A stretch of DNA of 64,000 nucleotides from Paraspadella gotoi (Eukaryota; Animalia; Chaetognatha). Below, piece after piece: positions 57,424-64,000 of this stretch (positions within the stretch are counted from its first letter, which is position 1; each line of letters opens with the position of its first letter). Under the pieces are notes generated by a model, which had not been told where the DNA came from, made no database searches, and saw only the letters and a list, made by a program, of their open reading frames with translations. The DNA lies in contig CM119270.1 in the NCBI GenBank assembly GCA_051294375.1, positions 13,222,741 to 13,286,740 on the forward strand, read 5' to 3'. Both the position numbers and the translations under genes were made by a program.

Positions 57424-59484
57424 GACGACGGGGACGGCGATTTGAAAGCGGTAGGGACGGGAGTCAAGGAAGGCCGTTTGAGAGAGAGACACGCACACAG
57501 AGGAGGGAGCCATCGTTTCTTTCCTTTTTATTCTTATTTTTTCTCCGTCTCTTCTCTCTCTCTCTCCCTTCTTTTCTTTGCGTAAATATATATTAAATAG
57601 TATATATTTCCGGTTCCGGTTCTTCAAAATCCGCGCGTGACTCTGTCTGTTCTTTGGGTTCGAAATCCGAGTCGCGCATTTCGTGACGATTCGCAGCGAC
57701 GAAGCGGCGCGCGGCAGAGAAAACATTGCGCTGGCGCGTGACTTTTTTCTTTTTTTTTCTCTTCTCTCTCTTTTTCTTCTTTCTTTCTTTTTGTTTTTAA
57801 ATTTCGTTTTTTATTTCGTGTTTCTTTCCTCCCCAGCGATTCGCCGGTTTTTAGTTTCCTTTTCTTTTGCCTTTGATTAAAAGAAAAAAAAAAAGAGGGA
57901 AACAATTTTTTAACGAAACCTGATAGTGAAAAAAGAGAGACTGGGAAATTTTCTTTTTCCTTTTATTTCTCCTTTCCTTTTCTTCATTTCCTTATTCTTT
58001 TTTCTTCTCTGGTTGGGACTTTCCATTTTTCCAGGCAGATATGCTAATACCTCGGACGCGCAATTTCCTATTTCCTTTCCAATTCTAGATTTTAAAAAAA
58101 AAAAAAAAGGATAAAAGAGTAAAAAGAAAAGAAAAATGGTGGGTAGGATTTGTGAGTCTTGATACTGAGTATCGCAATCAAGAGTCGAGACTGGAAATTT
58201 GCGAAAATTAATGCGCCTTTCCTTTTTTTCGCGACTTCATTTTTGTTTGCCTTTTGTGTTGGGTAAATTCTTTTTGTTTCTTTCTCTGTTTTCACTCAAT
58301 ATCTTGCGGCGTGTCATTCGCATTGCATAATGCTTCGTCTCTCTTTCAACTCCGTATCCGTTTTTTCATGACCCCCATACGTCCTGTGTTTTTTTTTTTG
58401 GTATGTATAATATCCTTATGGTAGTCATTATTCCGAACTCTGTCCGCTGTCTTTCACCCTGGTTGCGATCATGGCTCGCGGCCATGACAGAGAACTCTAC
58501 TCATATGTGTATATACTTTGTAACGTCTCCGAATTATTCTCGATATCCCTCAAGTACATTAACTATTCTGTTGGGTCAACCCTGGTTGGAAAGCGTGGCA
58601 ATTATCCTGTTTCACGGTTAGTGCTTGAGTCACCAGTAATTTCTATAAGTACTTCTCATGTAGAGCGGTATTGTGTATATCAAAAAGCTCTCAAAAATAG
58701 CAAGTAATCATAAGGATTTCACCTGAAATTGAGCGGCAGATCAATTAATGTTTCATTTTACAACTATCGAATTTTGTTAACACGCGGCATGTCCCTGGTT
58801 CGAAAGCGGGGCAATATCTTATTTCACAAGTTCACACTAGTTAGTCAATTCTATGTTGTATTTGGATGTTTCAAAATTGCGTTCAAAAGGCAAGTGTTAT
58901 GGTGTTGTGTGTTACCACATCTTGTGTAACAGACAGACTTTCCCGTGTTCGAGTCGTAGTCTAGAAGATTATCTACGCGCGCATAAACGAGTAGTGTTAT
59001 CTCATATAGATTTACTCATCACTCCTCTCGCATAATGATCAATCCCAAGAGCGTGTCTACGCATCAGCTCGTTGATCGTCGTAATATAAATTAATTGCGC
59101 GACATATAAGACTATAGGAATCACTTAATAAAGAAGTAATTCTTTTTAATTTATCAACAAATATAATTGAATCTAAATTTAAAACCGAATTAACCATTTT
59201 AACTTGATTTTTCTCAGCTGTTCAATGAACAGTGAATGTTCATTCTCATCAACGCTCTTCCCCTTTATTAGACAAGATTTCCCCCTCCTTTTCAACATTA
59301 GAAAAAGCAAAGATAGAAAACGAAACAAAAGAAAAAAGAACATTTATTGGAAACTTGGACGTCAAAAGTTTGTCGTTCTTTGTTCTCATTTGTAATTGGT
59401 TGTTCGAGTCTTGACTCGCCCATCGGATTTTTTCTTTCTTTTTTGATGAGCTTATCTTTATTGACGTAGTTTGCGAATTTTGAT

Positions 59485-59600
59485 GGCGCGGAGGCGGCGG
59501 AGGCGGCGGAGGGGGCGGATGCGGCGAGGCGGCGGATGGCGGAGGCGGAGGCGGCGAAGGCGGCGGAGGCGTGGCGAGGCGGCGAAGGCGTGTTGAAGGG
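59485..59600 (+). repeat. (GGCGGA/GGC)n GC-rich simple repeat
   Basis: ggaggcggcggaggcggcgga...; gives the poly-Pro ORF 59249-59635. Confidence 0.85.
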
Positions 59601-61718
59601 CGTGTCGAAATTGGTGCGTCCGTATAAAATTGCACGTTTTAATTAACGTCGTCATTTTTTTTTTGTTGTTCAAATCATTAAGTAACAAAGGCTTGTTCCT
59701 AAAAAATTGAAAATACAACAATTTTTTCTTTATAATTACCTTTCTTTCAGTGGATTTATTAAATTGAAAGACGATGAAGAAAAAAATATTTATTTGTCGG
59801 CGAAAAAAAAAAGTTTTTGCAGTTTGGATTTGTGATTCCGATTTGAATATATAAGAGACGCCGTCATCTACCTTCGAGCGCGATCTTTCTTTCCTTTTTC
59901 TTGGTTTCGTCGTTCATAGTCGTTCGTCGCGACGTCGACGGTCCGTCTTCGTTTTTGATTGCTTCGATTCACTGCGCGATGCTGGTCACGTTGCATTTAT
60001 TTATGTATCGACGAAGCGGTTATTAATCTCTCTCGCGCTCTCGCCCGCTCTCGGAACTCTCGCACTCTCGCAATATCGCGCTCTCCCGACGCAACGAAAG
60101 AACCCGCGCGCTCGCGTATCTATCGTACGCGAGCGCAGTGTTTTTTCTACGGGTACTTCGTTCCTCTCTCTTCTCTTCGTCTTTTCTCTGGCCTATCGAC
60201 GATCGCTCTGCTCTTCTCTCTCTTCTCTCTCTCGTCTCCTTCTCTCTCTCTTCCAGTCGCCCATCTTCGTATTTTTCTCCTCTCTCCTCTCTCTCTCTCT
60301 TTTCTCTCTTCTTCCCTACTGTGCGGTTGCGCGCAATATCCGGGACGATTAGACGCAACTCAAAAGCAACTTCCGTTTTTGCGTTGAAAAGGTTGGCGCG
60401 CTCGTTCATTCACGTCTCCCAAGGCAGTTTTTTGTGACGCCTTTCCTAGGTGGGACTCACGATCAACATGGGAATTTTCATGGAGCAAATTCCTTTTGTT
60501 TATTGATGATATTACGTTTTCTTTATTTTTAATTGATTTCTTATTTATCCGTTCAGATATTATCCGTTGATTCTGAGTTCAGAAACTTGCAATATTAGGT
60601 GAAATCAATGGGAAAAAGGATAAATGAGGAGAAAGAAAGAAAGACAGAAAGAAGAAAGATACATAGAAGGAAAGAAAGAAAGAATCTATAAGAACGAAGA
60701 AGATACTTATATGGGGGCATAGCTTACCATGCCTGCCGCAATGTAATGCTCCCTCTATCAGAGTCACCCTAAAGTTAAAGAAGTATTGTGGATATATATA
60801 ATGATGTCTATATAATATATATTTGTCTATATGTTACCTATCAGAAAGAAAGAAAGAAAGATAGATATAGAAAGAAAGAAAGAAAGGAAAAGATAAATAA
60901 TAAAGTATAGATAAAGGTGTTATCGTAACCTGATATCTTTACACAATTCATTCATTCCTTAAGAAAATTTGATTTTTGCGGTAGTCCTTGCAAAGCGAAT
61001 TTTATTTCAAAAACACTTTTGTTTGCTCCAATACTCGGTTTTCCAAACAGACAATTAGCGATGCTCGCGTGGGCAAACACTAAATCAATTAGATTAACAA
61101 GGAACAGGCGTTATATTTTTCTATTGTACATAATAATTAATGGTCCATAATTTTAAAGGTGACTGTTCCGGTGCATTACCACTTCATTACACATAATGAT
61201 CATTCTCTGGCGTTGATAGACATATATTTTCTTTCATTATAATTGTTCCAAGTTACTTAGTATCGACGATACTACCGTGCGGGGATCCCGCTGGAAACTT
61301 TAGTATTTTTTATCTTCTCCTATCTTATCTCTACCACTTTATCTCTTATCTTTATCTCTTATATTTTATTAAAAAAAGTAAGTTTGTCTTATATTTTATT
61401 ACCTGCTATCTAATAGAATACTAATAAATTAATCCATTCTTCTTAAATGCTCTTTTGTTTCTCTTCTTTCAAATACCGGCCGCCGTTCCGGAGAGGAGAG
61501 CAAAATATGGAAACAAATTGCACGTTACTTCTGAGTAGAAAAACTGTTCAGTTTTAATTAATTAACCCCTAAAGATTTTTATATTTTGAAATCCTAATGC
61601 AATATGTTAAAAAAATTTTATCACAAGAAATTATTTTTTAAGTCTCCAGGTCAAAACATCTTTTGCCTTTGTACTTTCTATTTCGACCATCAGTGCAATT
61701 TATATCATATTCTATTAT

Positions 61719-61810
61719 AAACACCAAAGCCTGTCCAAATCAGCGGGCAAGATTAGGCTTATTTTTATTAAATGAATGTTATTAATTTTATATTGGTTGT
61801 ACAATTTCAT
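61719..61810 (+). mobile_element. Dispersed repeat copy (family of 28505-28639)
   Basis: aaacaccaaagcctgtccaaatcagcgggcaagat...tatattggttgtacaatttcat. Confidence 0.65.
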
Positions 61811-62000
61811 AAAATTCAGCTCCTTGTATTTTTGATGCTTAGTCGGTGTACAATAAGTATTTCCCGATTCTAATACTTAAGGGAGTGGTCTTTTCATACA
61901 ATTGAAACATTATTTGAAACGTTATACCACTTCATTGATAGGGAAGCCAGCTACTCTGGGAGTGAATAAAAGAGACTGTGAGAGAGTCTAGATTGAAAGC

Positions 62001-62059
62001 TTGCAGGAACCTACTATGTCATTATCTTGTAATTTTTATATTGGTTGTACCAATTTCAT
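62001..62059 (+). mobile_element. Internally deleted dispersed repeat copy
   Basis: ctatgtcattatcttgtaa (start of the 28505 copy) is joined directly to tttttatattggttgtaccaatttcat (its end). Confidence 0.6.
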
Positions 62060-62155
62060 ATGTATGAACTCAATTGTTAATATTCATAGGAAAATTGATT
62101 CAGTTTTCGATTTTAAGAAAAATCCGGAGGAATGAAGAGGAATTTTTGTATATTT

Positions 62156-62171
62156 TATCATCATCATCATT

Positions 62172-62244
<73 letters not shown>
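62156..62244 (+). repeat. (CAT)n microsatellite
   Basis: Near-perfect CAT run; source of the poly-His/Ser/Asp/Met ORFs. Confidence 0.97.
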
Positions 62245-63044
62245 CCCTCGCCGTAGTCTTCCTTATCATCATTTAGTCCGCCACCAATGCGATCGTGGGC
62301 ATCTTCTTCCTCCTCTTCGTTGCCCTCGTCGTCGCTTCGAGTGGTCAATCGAACTTAATTAAGCTTTCTTGCTTGGTTGCTTGGTTGCTTGCCTCTCTCA
62401 ATTTTAGAAAACTCGTTTTTCATCCAGATTCGTCTCTGCACATATAAATCAGCGAATCAAAACCAAATCGGGAATCGTTAGTTCTGATTTCGATTAATCA
62501 CGGAGATTTAGCCTTTCAGGATTTTTTTGTGAATTATTAATTCAAAAGACGTTATATCGCCGAATCATCCATTAGCGATCGCATAATTAATATTAATGAA
62601 AATTGCAAAATTGCAAAATAATGTTAATATCATAACTGATAAGAGTAATACATCGGATTGTGAGAATCGCGTTAAATTTAAAATTTCTAAATAGGTATGT
62701 ATTGATATATAAACAATATATGGCCATTGGCCAATCTTTTAATTCACTTCGCTCGTCTTGGAATCACCTCCCCCCCAACTTCTCACTCGAATCACGTGAT
62801 CAACGCGCGTGAGTCTGACGAGTTTGAAATTTATTCGTCGACGGAAGTTTTGAAGTTGAACACATTTGAAAAAAAAAGAAGTAAAACAAGTGGAAAGTGG
62901 AAAGTCTTGGCCTGAAACTAGACATTCAGTTCCCTGTAGAATTTTTAAGTCTGAGAAATTGAGATCCCAAGAAAAGAGGGAAAGAAAAGAGGAGAGAAAA
63001 TGTGAAAGAATGGAAAACGAAGGAGGCGATGTGAGAGAAGAAGA

Positions 63045-63075
<31 letters not shown>

Positions 63076-63079
63076 CCAC

Positions 63080-63131
<52 letters not shown>

Positions 63132-63747
63132 GACAGAGAGCGAGAGAGGCGAAAGAAGAAACGGGCGAGGGTAAAAGATTGGACGTCGAGACTGATCGTT
63201 TTCCCAGCATATTGTAGGTGCGCGGCTCTCAGCTTGCACGCACGCGCACGCGCAGTCTCGCACCCACGCTCGCACGCACGCTCGCACGCAGGCTCGCACC
63301 CACGCGCTCACTGACGCAATTTGCCCTTTTTTTAATCGTTTCTTCTTATTTTCTTTCTAATTTCTTTCTCATTTCCTTCTTCACTATTCGTTGTTTTTTC
63401 GTTTCAAATTTGTTTTCATTTTTTAAAATTATTTTCATTTTTTTCATTTTATTTCATTTTTTAATTTTTTTCATTTCCTATTTCAAAAGATTTTTTTAAA
63501 CATTTTTTTCCTTTTATTTCTTAAAAGCCATCTTCATCTCACCCTGATAAAAACTAGTTTATTTTAAAAAAAATTGCTATTTTTTATTTTTTTATAAATT
63601 TTGTTTCCATTTTTTGAGGAAAAGAATAAAGAGGAGGAGGAGAAGGAGAAGGAAGAGGANNNNNNNNNNTCTCCTTCTTTCCCTGATTGCGCCTCTTTCA
63701 TTTAGTCTCAAGGAAAAACCAGTTAGTCGAGAAATCGACAAGATACT

Positions 63748-63787
<40 letters not shown>

Positions 63788-63896
63788 CCTCGTCGCCCCC
63801 TTCCCCCGTTTGGCTTTTGATTTAGTTTTCGCTTGGCGAGGGATCCCTTCCTCCTTCAGATGGAAATCAGAGCGGTATCCATTTTTCTGCCTCTCA

Positions 63897-63951
<55 letters not shown>

Positions 63952-64000
63952 CTCTCTTCTCTCTCTCTCTCTGACCTGTCACAACCATTACTTCGGTCAT

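Noticed and set aside
57655-57670. tRNA/SINE B-box-like GGTTCGAAATCC
   Set aside because: No A-box or cloverleaf stems in the flanks.
59249-59635. Formin/WASP-like poly-proline ORF
   Set aside because: GGC/GGA simple repeat with no adjoining domain or clear splice sites.

Overview
AT-rich, very microsatellite-rich eukaryotic (invertebrate/arthropod-like, by inference) draft-assembly sequence, mostly non-coding. Nearly all six-frame ORFs are translations of (CT/GA)n, (AAT)n, (CAT)n, (ACG)n or minisatellites; no prokaryotic gene, RNA gene, transposase or CRISPR array is supported. Five large duplications dominate: inverted pairs 301-2520/5027-7197, 7223-10803/10881-14581 and 29278-38637/38705-48792, and direct pairs 3401-5118/15031-16830 and 19332-22067/22081-24652. 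Together they make roughly 20 kb redundant. They look like long-read gap-filling artefacts: copies differ by scattered 1-nt indels, arms stop at 25-N gaps, and a noisy PacBio SMRTbell adapter sits at the axis of the second palindrome (10804-10880). The best biological signals are a 22-bp-phased array of GTCACG/CLEAR-type E-boxes plus a CRE (27219-27413), a few phase-compatible candidate exons of an unidentified + strand gene, a short dispersed repeat family with a shared end, and several minisatellites. I could not support a novel biological system with confidence.
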